This document shows positions 28,201 through 41,600 of a DNA stretch of 64,000 nucleotides, piece after piece. Every line of letters starts with the position of its first letter. Within the stretch, counting starts at the first letter, position 1. The translations under genes were made by a program, and so were the position numbers. The notes beneath the pieces were generated by a model. It saw only the letters and a list, made by a program, of their open reading frames with translations. It searched no databases and had not been told where the DNA came from. The DNA is from Lama guanicoe (lineage: Eukaryota), in contig MU053493.1 of assembly GCA_013239625.1 (NCBI GenBank), positions 1,063,793 to 1,127,792 on the forward strand, read 5' to 3'.

Positions 28201-29723
28201 GGGAGTGACATTAAGGTTCATTATAGAGCTGCAGTAATCAAGACATTGTGTGCTAGGGGAGAGATGAGCATAGATCAATGGAACAGAGTAGAGAACCCAG
28301 AGACTGACCCAAACAAATATGCCCAGCTGACTTTTGACAACAGTGCAAAAGCAACTAAATGGAAGAAGGGTAGCCTTTTCAACAAATGGTGTTGGAACAG
28401 CTGGACCTCCATGGGGGGAAAATGAGCCTGAACCTAAACCCGGACCTAATACCTACTATCAAAATTAACTCAAAATTCTTCATAGCCTTAAATGTAAATG
28501 TTAACTATGAAGCTTTGGGAAGAACATAGGAGAAAAATCTTCAGAATCTAGTCCTAGGCTAACTTTTCTTAGACTTGACACCAAAAAAAAAAAAAAGATA
28601 ATTCAGAACTTACCAAAATTAAAAACCTTTGCTCTGCAAATACCCTTGTGAAGAGAATGAATAGAAGCAACAGACTGTAAGAAAATACTTCCATATCACA
28701 TATCTATCAAAGGATTAGTTGCTGGAAGATATAACTTAGCAGTAAAAAAAAAATCCAATTAGAGAATTGGCAAACTATATGCACAGACATTTCCCCCCAG
28801 AGGATATATAATACATACAGCAAATAAGCACATGAAAAGATGTTCAGCATTGCCAGCCATCAGGGAAATGCCAATTAAAACCACAATGAGATACACTTTG
28901 AAACTAGAAGAATGGCTAAAATTAAATATATATATAGCATTATATATATATAATTAAAAATATATATATAAAACACCATTGAATGCCTTTGAGAATGCAA
29001 AGAAACTGCTTCACTCATCCTTTGCTGGTGGGAATGTAAATAAATGGTACAGCCACTCTGGAAAACCATTTATTTGGCAGTTTCTCAGAATGCTAGACAT
29101 GCAATTTCCAAATAACCAGCAATTGCACTCCTGGGCATTCATCCTGGAGAAATGGAAACATGTTCACACAAAAACCTGACCACACTAATGGTCAGAGCAT
29201 CTCTATTTATGGTAGCCACAACTGGAATCAGCTAAGATGCCCTTCAACAGGTGAATGGTCTAACAAACTGTGCTACACACATACCAGAGAATACTACTCA
29301 CCAGTAAAGAGGAATTGACTATTGACACATGCAACAATCTAGAAACGCTAGGAAATTGTGTTGAGTGTAAAAAGCCAATCCCCAAAATTTATATATGTGT
29401 TGCACGGTTACATTTATTTAACTTTTTTGATATGACACATTTTAGAAGTGGAAGACCCATTAGTTGTTGCCAGAATTTAGGGATGGAAGTGGGGTGTGAG
29501 GAAGTAGGTGGATTTTAAAAGATGGGCAGGAGACATCTTTGTTTTGTTATCATTCCTCAGTGTATTGACTATTGTGGAGGATACAGGAACAGGAGTGATA
29601 AAATTCCATCAAATTTAATACACACTTACATACAAATAAGTACAAGTAAGCTGGGAAATCTAAATAATATCAGTGGTTTGTACCAAGGTCAATATCCTAG
29701 TTGTGATACCATACTACAGTTTT

Positions 29724-30310
29724 CTTTTAATTATTATTGAAGTACAGTCAGTTACAATGTGTCAATTTCTGGTGTACAGCAAAATGTCCCAGTCATGCAG
29801 ATATATACATATGTATTCATTTTCATATTCTTTTTTATTAAAGGTTATTACAAAATATTGAATATGGTTCCCTGTGCTATACAGAAGAAACTTGTTTTTT
29901 AATGTATTTTTATATATAGTAACTGACATTTGCAAATCTCAAACTCCCAAATTTATCCCTTTCCACCCCCTTCCCCTGGTAACCATAGGATTGTTTACTA
30001 TGTCTGTGAGCCTATTTCTGTTTTGTAGATGAGTTCATAGTGTCTTTTTTCTCTCTTTCTTTTTTCAGATTCCACATATGAGTGATATCATGTGGTATTT
30101 TTCTCTTTCTGGCTCACTTCATTTAGAATGACGATTTCTAGGTCCATCCATGTTGCTGCAAATGGCATTATTTTATTCTTTTTATGACTGAGTTGTATTC
30201 CATTGTATAAATATACCACAATTTCTTTATCCAGTCATTTGTTGATGGACATTTAGGTTGTTTCCATGTCTTGGCTATTGTATATAATGCTGCTATGAAC
30301 ATTGGGGTGC
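29724..30310 (-). mobile_element. 5'-truncated L1 inserted in the old L1 3'UTR
   Basis: TSD 'accatactacagtttt' (29708-29723) versus 'accatactataatttt' (30311-30326). Confidence 0.85.
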
Positions 30311-30449
30311 ACCATACTATAATTTTGCAAAATGTTACCATTGTTGTAAACTCTTACAAATATATAAGGAGCATCTCTATATTATTACTTACTACTGCAC
30401 ACAAATCCACATTTTTCTCAATGAAAATTTCAATAAAAATAATTTGACA

Positions 30450-32000
30450 GGTGTGTTAGAATTTTTCCAAAGTGGCTGTACCATTTGCATTTCTGTCCAC
30501 AATGTATATGGGTCTCAGTTGCTCCACATTTTGTTAGCACATAATATAGCCATGATTTTTATATGTGATTTTACAGACCTTTCTCAGTATCCATGGGAGA
30601 TTGGTTCCAGGAGCCCCAAGGATAACAATAACCCAGTGAGCTCAAATCCCTTACAGTTAGCGCTCGGTATCAATGGATTCTGCATTCACGGATTCAACCA
30701 AACACAGATTGTGCAGTATTTTCCATTCACGATTGCTTAAACCCATGGATATACAGGGCTTATTGTAATTTGAATTTCACTAGTGGATAAAAATATTAAG
30801 CATCATATCTGTCTATATGTTTACCCGCCACCCTCACATCTTCTTTGGTGAAATATCTCTTCAGAACTTTTGTCAACTTACATTAGGTTGTTTGTTTTCT
30901 TACTGAGTTTTCAGAGTTCTTTCTATTCTGAATACAAGCCTGTTGTCAGAAATGTGATTGGAAAAATGTTTTCTCATACTCTGTGCTTTTATTTTCACTA
31001 TTTGAACAGCATATTTAACAAGCAATTTTTTAATTTTATGAACCATGCTTTTGGTGCTATGTCTAAAATCCCTATGCTGAACCTACAATTTTTTCCTTTG
31101 TTTTCTTCTAGAATTTTTATACTTTTATGATTTATGTATATGTTTCTGGTGCATTTGGAGTTAATTTTTATTTAAGATGTTAGATATTGGTCAAGATATT
31201 GGTTTATATGCATTTTTCAGCATATGAACATAAATTTTTTCTAAAACCCATATATGGATGACTATCTTTTCTACATTGAATTGATCTTGCATTTTTACGA
31301 ATCAGGTGACTATATTTGTCTGGGTTTATTTCTAGTATCTTTATCCTCATTCATCTATCTACATATCTATCCTTTTACTAATATCCACTATTTTGAATAC
31401 TGTACTTTTATAGTAATCCTTAAAATATGGTAGTATGAGTAGTCCAACTATGTACTTTGTTTCCAAAATTGAATTAACTACTTTAGTTCCTTTGCTTTTT
31501 ATATAAAGTTGATAATAAGCTTATTAAAATTACCAAAAAATGCTATAATTTTGTATAAAATTGCACTGATTATATGGATCAAATTGGGAAAATTGATATC
31601 TAAATAAGATTAAGTTTTTAATCCATGAACATGGTATATTTTTTCATCTGTTGGTCTCAATTGATTGATTTCATTACCATTTTGTAGTTTTCAAACTACA
31701 GACCCTGCATATATTTTGTTAGATTCATATTAATGTATTTCATTTTTTGTACTACTGCACATGGTATTAATTTTTAAATTTCAAATTCCAATCATTCATT
31801 GCTATTATAGAGAAACACAACTGATTTTTTGTGGGTCGACTTTTTGCACTGTGATCTTGGTAAGCTCATTTATTATTTTTAGGTGCTTTCTTCTAGAAAT
31901 CCTTGAGATTTTCCTATGCATATATTCATGTCATCTATGAAAGGGGAGAGTTTTATTCCTCTTCTCTGACCTATATCCCTTGCTTGCTTTTAATACAGTC
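30450..32000 (-). mobile_element. Continuation of the ancient antisense L1 (ORF2 region)
   Basis: Antisense L1 ORF2 text resuming the element broken at 17405. Confidence 0.65.
30572..30768. mobile_element. Tigger-type MITE (MER2-like)
   Basis: TA-flanked 'cag...cagtatccatggg' and 'cccatggata...tg' inverted termini. Confidence 0.6.
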
Positions 32001-32317
32001 ACTCTGGCTCTCTCATGGCCTTAGTGTTTGCCCTGAACAGAACTACTTTTATGTATTTCTACATTCTTTTAGTTTTAACCTACCTGTGTAGTTATTTTTA
32101 AAGTGGGCTTCTAAAGAATAGCATACACTTAGATCTTGATTTTATATCCAATCTGACAGTCTCTTTATTTTAACTGGTGGCTTCAGAATTTTCACATTTA
32201 ATATTAGTCTTGGTGTTTCAGGATTAAAAGCTACTTGCGTTTTCTCCCCTCTTTTTCTGTTTTCTCTCTTATTAATTCAAAAGTGTATGCAATTTCAACT
32301 TATAATCTTTATTAATT

Positions 32318-34609
32318 AATTTTTTAAGTTTTTATTGAGTGATAGTCATTTTACAATGTTGTGTCAAATTCTAGTGTAGAGCACAATTTTTCAGTTATAC
32401 ACGAACATACATATATTCATTGTCACATTTTTTTCCGCTATGAGCTAACACATGATCTTGTATATATTTCCCTGTGCTATGCAGTATAATCTTGTTTATC
32501 TATTCTGCATTCTAAAATCCCAGTCTGTCCCTTCCCACCCCCCACCCACCCCCACCCCCAACCACAAGACTCTATTCTATATACATGAGCCTATTTCTGT
32601 TTTGTATTTCTGTTTTGTTTTGTTTTGTTTTTTTAGATTCCTCATATGAGCAATCTCATATGGTATTTTTCTTTCTCTTTCTGGCTTACTTCACTTAGAA
32701 TGACAGTCTCCAGGAACATCCATGTTGCTGCAGACAGCGTTATGTTGTCAGTTTTTATGGCTGAATAGTATTCCTTCGTATCAATATACCACAGCTTCTT
32801 TATTCAGTCATCTGTTCACGGACATTTAGGCTGTTTCCATGTCTTGGCTATTGTAAATAGTGCTGCTATGAACACTGGGGTGCAGGTGTCGTTCTGAAGT
32901 AGGGTTCTTTCTGGATATATGCCCAGGAGCGGGATTCCTGGGTCCTATGGTAAGTCTATTCCTAGTATTTTGAGGAATCTCCATACTGTTTTCCACAGTG
33001 GCTTTCCTTGCTTCCCTCTCCCACTCTTAATCATTTAGATGTCTTCTTTTACAATTTTGTGTTTATTCTTTTGTGATTCATGGCAGTTATCTCCTTTCCA
33101 GTTATGAGTTTCTCATTTTTTATATCTCTAAACACTATTTCTTTTAGTTTCTTCAGTACTTTGACCACTCCTTTTTTGAAATCTTGACATAGTAGGCCAT
33201 CAGTGTCTATTTCCTTGATCATGCTTTTAGGGGATTTCTCTTGATCTTTCAGTTGGGAGTGGTTCCTCTGCTTCTTCATATTGCTCATATCTCTCCGCAC
33301 TGTGGCTTAAGGAGTATCAGTTATCTAGTTCTCCTGGAGACGGTGTGCTCTTAATGATTTTGTTGAGAGGTCTTTGTGTTTTTTCCCTGTTTTGTGAAGT
33401 CAGCTTGCTGTTTCCAGAGGCCCTCTGTTGGCGCCCTCATCTGTGCTGCTCCCAGTGGGTGTCGGCTAACAGATCACGCCCCCTCCCAACACTGGGTCAG
33501 TTGCTGAGCTCCTACCCAGTGGGTGGATGGGCGGTTCACTCCCTCTCTCGATGCCACAGTCAGATGCTGTGCTCGGGCGAGGCAGGTGGGCGGATTGCAC
33601 CCCCTCCCAGCACCATGGTCAGGTGCTGCGTTCCTGCAAAGAAAGCAAGTTGCCGCCCAGGCCGGTTGCTCCACTGCTCTGTGCAGTTGCCCACTCCACC
33701 TCAGATTGGTGCTCAGAAGGTGGGCTCAGGGGAGACCGTGGAACAGCCCCACCCCTGTTCCATGCCAAATTTCAGCTCCTTATTTGTCTTGGTGGCTCAA
33801 GTTCTCTGAGGTGCCAGGGCAGAAAGATCCTATCTGCCTCAGACTGTAAACAAGTCTCAGTCCTGCCAAGGAGGTTACGGAGCCCTTAGATGTGGATTCA
33901 GGTCTCAGCCCCTCCTAGACCTAGGTGCTGCGCACAGGAGATGGCGTCTGTAGCCCACCTCCCTTCTTGCGAGAAGCGCCAGTAATGGCAGCGCAGGTCT
34001 GAGGAGACAAAGGCTATGGCGCCTCTCCTCCCAGGGCACACCAGCAGTGTTGCTTTCCTTTTTTCGCAATTTATGGGGAACTGAGGTTGTTCTGCTCCAT
34101 ATCCCCTCCCAGCCAAGGTGCACAGCACCCTGCAAACCCCGGGGCTGCCTCAGTGCAGCTGCCCCAGTCCTCCATCCGGCTCGGGTGGTCTGTCCTGGCC
34201 CCAGCTGCCAGCTCGTGTCTCAGGCTGGGTGTCACGGGGACCCTTTGTGTCCATTCAATTCAGTTCTGCCCATCAAGGGGTGCTCAGGGCAGATCTGAGC
34301 CTCAGAGGCTCCCCCTCTGTCCTGCTGGCCTCTCCGTTGGAGAGGGGAGACCCAGTGAATGAGCACCAGTCCTCCTTTGCCACTCCCTCCCCGCGGGACC
34401 AGTCCCACACTGTTTTGCTTTTTCTTCTTTCTTTTTTCCTTTTCTCCTGCCAGATTTTTGGTGTCTTTGTTTTTCGAAGAGGGTGATGTGCTGTCAGAGT
34501 TCAGCAGGTGCTCTGGTTGGCTGAGTAGGTCCGTAGATGTGAGTTTTGGTGTATTTGTGGGAGAGGGTGAGCTACAAATGTCCTTCTACTCCACCATCTT
34601 GCTTCGTTC
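32318..34609 (-). mobile_element. Compact 2.3-kb L1 derivative: 5'UTR, ORF1 N-terminus, short spacer, ORF2 tail, 3'UTR
   Basis: 5'UTR and 3'UTR are homologous to 19601-25240; junctions at 33327/8, about 33120 and about 33003; TSD 'tctttattaatt' (32306-32317) versus 'tctctattaatt' (34610-34621). Confidence 0.88.
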
Positions 34610-34845
34610 TCTCTATTAATTTATCATTTACATCTGTTTAAAATTTTAGCATTGCCTCAGGCTTAATTTTTAGTTAATCAGTCTACCTTAAAATAATATT
34701 ATACTGCTTCAGATACTGTATAAGAGCCTTTCAGCAGTACATTACCAAGTCCTCCATTCTGTTCATTGTGCAATTACTGTCTTATTTTTACTTTTGCATA
34801 TGTTACAAATATACACTACATTGCTTTTTTTTTTTTTATTTAGAC

Positions 34846-35273
34846 CAGGGCTTGACAAACTACAGGTCAAAGGCTGGCATTGTGAGTAAAGTTGATTGTA
34901 ACATAACCATGCCCACTTGTCTTTTTTTGATGGATGCAGTAAAGCAGCAGAGCTAAGTACAGTGGACCTTTGAACAGTGTAGGGGTTCTGGGTGCTGATG
35001 CTCCATGCAGTTCAAAATCCATCCACTTGTAGTGAGTCCTCCATGTATGTGGTTTTTCTGTATCCATAGTTCTGCATCCATGGATTCAATCATAGATTCA
35101 ATATATTGATTATGTAATACTGTAGTATTTACTATTGAAAAAAAATCTGCATATAAGGAGACCCTCATAGTTCAAAACTGTGTTGTTCAAGGGTCATCTG
35201 CAGCTTCAATGCATCTCATATGACCCACAAGCCATTTAAAATATGGCCATTTAAAAGAAGTTTCCCAACCCTA
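34846..35273. mobile_element. hAT-Charlie MITE (MER58-like), split by a Tigger MITE
   Basis: Termini 'cagggcttgacaaact' and 'agtttcccaacccta'. Confidence 0.6.
34960..35200. mobile_element. Tigger2-derived MITE (MER8-like)
   Basis: TIRs 'cagtggacctttgaaca' and 'tgttcaagggtcatctg'; TA on the left flank; about 240 bp. Confidence 0.75.
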
Positions 35274-35299
35274 CTTTAGACAGGGTTTTTAAAAATGTA

Positions 35300-37300
35300 T
35301 ATTTTTACTTCATCTTAATTTCTTCCATTTCCAGAACTTCTCATTTCTGTGTAGATTCTATGTTTAAATATGTTGTTGTATGCTTTTGTTTGACAACTTT
35401 CTCTTTTTTTGTAGTACAAATATGTTGGTAATAAATTCTCTTAGTTTTACTTTGTCTGAGAATGTATTTATTTTTTCTTCATTTTTGAAATGTATTTTCA
35501 CTGTGTATAGCATTCTGGGTTAATGGTATTTTTCCAGCACTTTAGTGATGTTATTCTGTAGTCTTATAGTTTTCATTGTTTCTGATGAGATGTCTGCTGT
35601 AATTAATTCTTGACTTTGTTCCAATTCTCTACTTTATTCTTTATACTTAGTGTTTCCTTTTTGCAGCTACCTTTTAAAGTTCCTCTTTTTCTTTTGTTTT
35701 CAGCAGTTTGAATGTGATATGAACAAGGACGTGTACGTGAGTGTGTGTGTGTGCTCACACGCATTGATATTTATCCTTTTTGGGGTTCTCTGATCTTCCT
35801 GTACCTATGTTTTGGTGTCTATAATTAATTTGGGAAAATTCTTGTTTATGATGCATTTAAATATTTTTCTTTCTTCATTTTCTCTCCCTTGTAGTATTCC
35901 AGTAGCACATATTTTAGATTTCCTTGTTCCAACTTTTGGATGTCCCTTTGGATGTACTTTTATGTTTTTGTTCTCTCTCTCTCTTTATTTGGTTTTGGAA
36001 GTTTCTATTGACCTATCTACAAGTTCATTGATTCTTCAGCATGAATAGTCCATTGAAGACATTCATTTTCTTGTTATTGTGTTTTTTATTTCTAGTATTT
36101 CCATTAATTCTCTTTTATATTTTCACTCTTTCTGCCCAAACAGATCTTTTAGAGTCCATCTTTAATATATTGATCATAATTATGCTAAATTATGTAGCAG
36201 CTGGTTCTTACATCTGTGTCATATCTTAGTCTGGTCTGGTGATTTTCGTACATCTTCTGAGTTTCGTTTTTTTGCCTTTGTATTACCTCAATGTTTTTAC
36301 TAAAATTGAACATCTTATGTAGGACAATAGTTATCATGTCTCGTTATGATTTTTTTTTTAAATTTGGTACATCTTTAGTGCGGGGATTTGAGTTAATCTA
36401 ATGAGGAACTTGGCTTTGTTCAAATTTGGTGCTGTTATGGTTACTCACACTGCAACTCAGGCTTCAAATTCCAGTAAAGATTCCTTTTTCCAGAGCAATT
36501 ATGATGCTAAGTTAAAGGTCTTCTATTTGAATTTTGACTCACAGAGTGCTTTTCCACACTCTCTCCTGGAGCATTTTGCTGTCACTTACTTAAACATTGT
36601 TAACGTAGCAGTGGAAGGTGGGGGTTGAAATCTCTGTCATTCTGATTAAGCCTCTGTCATTGGTTTGCACTGTGACCTCCACTGTAGTTGTGGGCTCAGC
36701 CAGTAATCCGACCCCACCCACTGAATCAGGTGGTACTCGTCTCCTTATTCCCTTCCTACACACGTGATGGGTTGTCACCAGTGCTCGAGAAGAAACAGCA
36801 TTTGTAGTCCTCCTGCCCAGGAATGAAGGCGTCTCTCCCTGGTGCTGATGGAGGAAGATAAGGATCCAGGGGGGTGTCTTGCCTCTCTCTCATGACTGCT
36901 TGCTCTCTCATGCACTGCGCAATAACAGGTACTTCGTGTCCCCCGCTGATCTTTTCTATGAGTGCCTGGTGAGGTATACAGGGAAAGCACCCACAAAAGG
37001 ATAGTGAGTCTCCCAATTTCTGTGGCCCCCAAGGGTCCCACACTGTCTCACCAGCCCCTGCTTGATGTCAAATAATTTTCAACGATGCTAACTGAGTTGT
37101 TGTTATCAGATGTATACCCCCCAGGGGGCGAATACTAGCATCTCCTCTTTCCCTGCAGGCACTGACTTTCCTTGGACTTTGGCTGGTTAGTTACTCTGTG
37201 ACCTCCGCTCTCCAACAGGTTCAAACTATGTCGTGAATTTGAATTCAGTCTGTCTGTCTCTTGTTGCAAGTGAGGTAGCAACACTGCTTTTCGCTCTCAC
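35300..37300 (-). mobile_element. Ancient L1M ORF1/5' region
   Basis: Antisense ORF1-like text ('tctgagaatgtatttatttt', 'tttcagcagtttgaatgtgat'). Confidence 0.55.
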
Positions 37301-37692
37301 TTTAGAAGGTATCTTCAGTTTGCTTCTGCTGCATCAGCTGGGAGCAATGGAGCTTGCAGATCATCACAGGAGTTGGTGACCTCTTGACTCCAAGGTCATC
37401 AAGCAGCTTGACAGCTAGACCTGCTCTGTGTTCACGTCACACAACTCATAAGAGTGCCATGAGAATTAAAGTGAAATAGATTCCTGGGGAGCATGTAGCT
37501 TGGAGCCACATCCTCATTTTTAAGGAGGCAGCCTAGTTGGAAGACATTGATTCTTAGGCTGAATTTAAACAGAATAATTTAATTGCTAATGCTTTACTCA
37601 GATCCTTTAAAATTAAACTATAAAATTAACCCCTTAGAATTAACACTTAATAATGCATATTCCCTCTTATGTCAGTCAAAATAATCACTCTT

Positions 37693-37971
37693 CAGAAAGA
37701 GACTCACAGACATAGAAAACAAACTTCTGGTTACCAAAGGGGAAAGGGGGCAGGGTAAAAGGAGTTTGGGATTTTCAGATTCAAACTACTATATACAAAA
37801 GAGAAAAACAGCAAGGTCCTACTACATAGCATAGGGAACTATATTCAATATCTTATAACAGCATATGATGAAAAAGAATATATATATATAACTGAATCAC
37901 TATGCTGTATACTAGAAACAGCAAGACATTGTAAACAACTATACTTTAATTTTTAAAAAGTTGGAATCTTT
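37693..37971 (+). mobile_element. 5'-truncated L1 3'UTR
   Basis: TSD 'aaaataatcactctt' (37678-37692) versus 'aaaataatcgttctt' (37972-37986). Confidence 0.85.
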
Positions 37972-40900
37972 AAAATAATCGTTCTTGGTATTATATAAGA
38001 AAAATGTTTCCTGAGTGGAAAACAAAAACAAAAATCCCCCAAACAAACAAACAAAAAAAAATCCCCAAGACTTTTAATCTACCTTTATGATAGGCTTCCT
38101 TCTGTCAAATAAAATTAATGCAAAAAGAACAATACAGAAACTCTAGCAACATTTTTGTGTTTTAACAAGAAAGAAATGAAAAACTTGTAAGGAGCCAGGT
38201 AGAAAGTCAGGTTTGCTACACAGAAATGAAGATCACGCTAACCTCAGACTCAGGCGGTCTCTGTGCTGCCCAGTGTCAGGGGATGCCCTGGAGTGTCTGT
38301 TGCGCCTTGGGAGTCAAAGGTGGGGAGAATAGAATTCAGACATGAAAAAGAATTGGGTGAAAAAGTCATAGAAGAGTCGGTGTCTGAAGGCTGAAACAGT
38401 TTGAGCATATGGGATTGGGTATAAATAAATGTTACAAATAAGGTAACAAAGCTGCATGCAAAATTCAGAATTCTTTTTTTAAAAATGAACATTTAAATAG
38501 GAACTATCAGTTATACAACCTCAAAAGGGGGGTTTAAAGACCGAAAGAAGGTAGAGTGAGCAAAATCCTTCATTGAATATCAGGGGGAAAGTGATTTTTT
38601 AAAGACTTTGCTAGAAAAATTTGACTCGATAAATGTGGGCTTAAGCTTATTCTTTCATTTATTCAGGAAACGTAATCGAAGGCCTAGGGTTTTGAATGAG
38701 AAGAAGTAACGTCTGCTATCTTGGACTAATTAGCAGGGGGGAGAAATTAACAACAAAGTGGGAAATGGCAAAGGGAACAAAACACTGCATGAACATAGCA
38801 CGCAAGGCGGACAGAGAATGACATGAGACAGACTCCCCTGTGCTGTTGGTTGGCAAGGTCCTTTCTGGAAGGGCGGCGTGCATGCTGCACCCTGAAATCT
38901 GAGAAGACCCAGCTGCACAAGAAGGGTGATGTGTGTTTCCGGGGGAGCCTGAAGTCGGGAAAGACCTGAGGTTGGCAGGGAACCGAGGCAGAGGAAGCTC
39001 AGCCCACAGGACGGCAGAGGAGGAGGTGGAGACTTGATTATACAGCCATCCGAGCCCATGGGGAGGGGTGTGGGTCTCCACTGGACGTCAGGGAGAGTCG
39101 CTGAAGCAAGTGTGTACTTGCGCACGTGCGTCTGTGGATCAGTAACGCAATCAACAAGGTTCAAAACCCAAATCAAAATTACAATGCAACAAGGAGCCTC
39201 ACTTCTACCTCTGTTCTGGTCTATGCCACCAACCTCAACCTCCAGCAGATACACATTCTTATTTCTTCCCCTTTCTTATAGAAAAGACGGCATGCTATGA
39301 AATACTGTTTTCAACTCGCTTTTTTTCATGCCGCAGTGTTTTCTGGAGATATTTTCATATCAGCATATGGGAGCTTCCTCCTTTTTTTTTCTTTTGCTGC
39401 TTCAAGGAATTCTATTGTGCAGCCATACCATAGCTGATGTATCTGGTTTCCTCCTGGTGGGCTCTGAATTGTTTGCAATACTTTGCTGTTTCAATGCTGC
39501 TGAGAATAAGCTTGTACAGAACATCACCTCCCATGTGGGCAAACACATGCAAAAGACAAATTCTCAGAAGGTACCGCTGAGTCCAAAAGTAGGTGCATTT
39601 GTCATTTTGAAACAAATGCCTGATGGCCCTGCATTCTGTTCTGTAATATTTTTCACTCAGGATCGTCAGTTGATGAAGCACCTTTTTTCTTTAGCAAGGA
39701 AGTGACACAATGTGGCTTTCAATTCCAAAAGCCCACTCCACCCTCTGAATAGAGGATTCTTTGGAAAGTGGATGAGATCACTCAGGAGGCTTTTGCAAAT
39801 CGTTCAGAGAAGAGCTATTGGCGTCTGACAGGGAATCAGAGAGAAGAGAGTGAGATATATATATATATATATATTTATGTATACACACACACACACACAG
39901 AATCTGCAGAATTTGATGGTGATTTGGTTGTGGCAAGGGAAGGAAAGGAGGAAAAAAGAATAGCCATATGGGAGTGAGAACCACAGCACAGTGGGGATCC
40001 TGAGTGCTGTTACGAACCTGGGAGGTTGTCCCCGTGGGACACCCAAGCCGAGCTCTCCAGAGGGTGCCTGTGTACACAAGTCTGGAACTCAGCTGAGGAT
40101 GCAGGTTGCTTTAACAGACTCTAAGGTCTAAAAGCAATCTGCATTTTCAGCCAAGATGCAGATTGCTGAAGATCTGCAATAAGAAGCAACCAAATGAAGC
40201 AACAGAATCAAGGTCTCCTGAGATGGGTGAGACAAGGAAACACCCCAAGCCCAAGGCAGAGTGGAGCAGAAGAGGGGGTGCAGTGAGGAGAGCAGGCACG
40301 TGTGCGTCCTGGGAGGGGCCACGGAAGGGTTGTCAGGAAGGAAGGTGGGCTGGGGACCCCCGGCGTCCCCTGGTTTCGAGGTGACTTGGTAGGAGAGTTC
40401 CATCAACTCAAAGACGATCACTAGGAGCTTGAAGAGACTGTCTCCTTCAAAAATCACTAGAGAAAGAAAAAGAGCACAAGACGTCATTACGCAGAAAAAA
40501 ATAAAGAAATTGGAAGACTGGAGGGCAAAAAGCAGAATTTGTAACAGGATGCTTATGTGATGGGGGAGGGGGGTTAGGAGCAGGGCTTGGCGCTCACACT
40601 GGGCTCCGTGCACTCCGTCCTGTGGTGGTGCCTCTGCCTGCAGGGCTGAGAGCAAACAGTGCCCTGGGCGCATTGGACATGCTCGGTGACCGTTAGGGAG
40701 CTGACACTTCCAAGGCAGTTCTTACAATGGAGGGAAGGGATTTAAGTCTTGCAATTAGAAGCCATTCTGAGACAGTGGAGGGGAGGAAGAGATGGCATTG
40801 ATTCAATATGACACATACCGCGTATATGGGTATACATTTATAAAATAAAAGGTCATCAAAGCGATTGAAAACTAAATAATATAAAGAGCATACTGGCCAG

Positions 40901-41269
40901 AAAGGCAAACAAAGCAAAGTACAGAGCATTGTTGGAAAAATAAAACACAGGTTTCCTTACACACGTTATTCCCCTGAGACCAAACTTTGTCTGTCAGCAT
41001 CTCAACTCAGAGAACCAAAAATCCAGCACATCGGCCAGTAAAATTTCAACGAAGTCTGTAGCTCAGTTAATGGCATTGTTTCAATCTTCATTTCCTGGCT
41101 TTGATCACTGTACAATTATCACCAATTAGGGGAAGTGGGGTGAAGCATTTATAAGCATTCTTTGTACTATTTTTGTAACTTTTCTGTAAGTCTAATGATT
41201 CTGATATAAAAAGAGAAAAATAAAGGAGCACGTCCTTGTTCTCCCCAAACCCGCTGCCTCTGCCAAGTG

Positions 41270-41600
41270 CCCTGTCTCACTGAGAAGTGCCATCCTCTCC
41301 CAGTCGCCAAGCTGGGGACTTCGGATGTGTCCCCAAATCCTCCTTCCCTCATCTCCCCCCCGTCTTGTCCATGCTGCCCCAGAAATGTCCCCTGCTCCTG
41401 TCCCTCCCCTCCTCTACACCGCTTGGCTCAGGCTCCATCCTGGGTCATCTGCACAATGTCCCCAACAACCCTGCAGTGACAGCAGCCCTGCTCCCACCTG
41501 GTACTGCAGTCAGAGTTCTTGTTCTGAAACACAGACCTCATCCCTTCTCTTACTACCCTACCCCGACTTCAAAGCCCCCCTTGGAGGCCCACCTGCCTGT
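41270..41600 (+). mobile_element. L2 LINE fragment
   Basis: Pyrimidine-rich L2-like text ('cagtcagagttcttgttctgaaacacagacctcatc'). Confidence 0.45.

Larger units (their letters stand above)
17408..30440 (+). mobile_element. Near-full-length ancient L1 (L1MC-like), interrupted by younger L1 insertions
   Basis: ORF1 remnants (MERNEQSLRDMW...FEKIMAEN, 18236-18421); ORF2 remnants (FYEASIT...EDYRPLSSMN, 27022-27312); 3'UTR ending 'caataaaaat' near 30440. Confidence 0.75.

Noticed and set aside
37113..37132. CTCF-like 'ccccagggggcga'
   Set aside because: Mismatch in the CCA core and located inside an old L1 fragment
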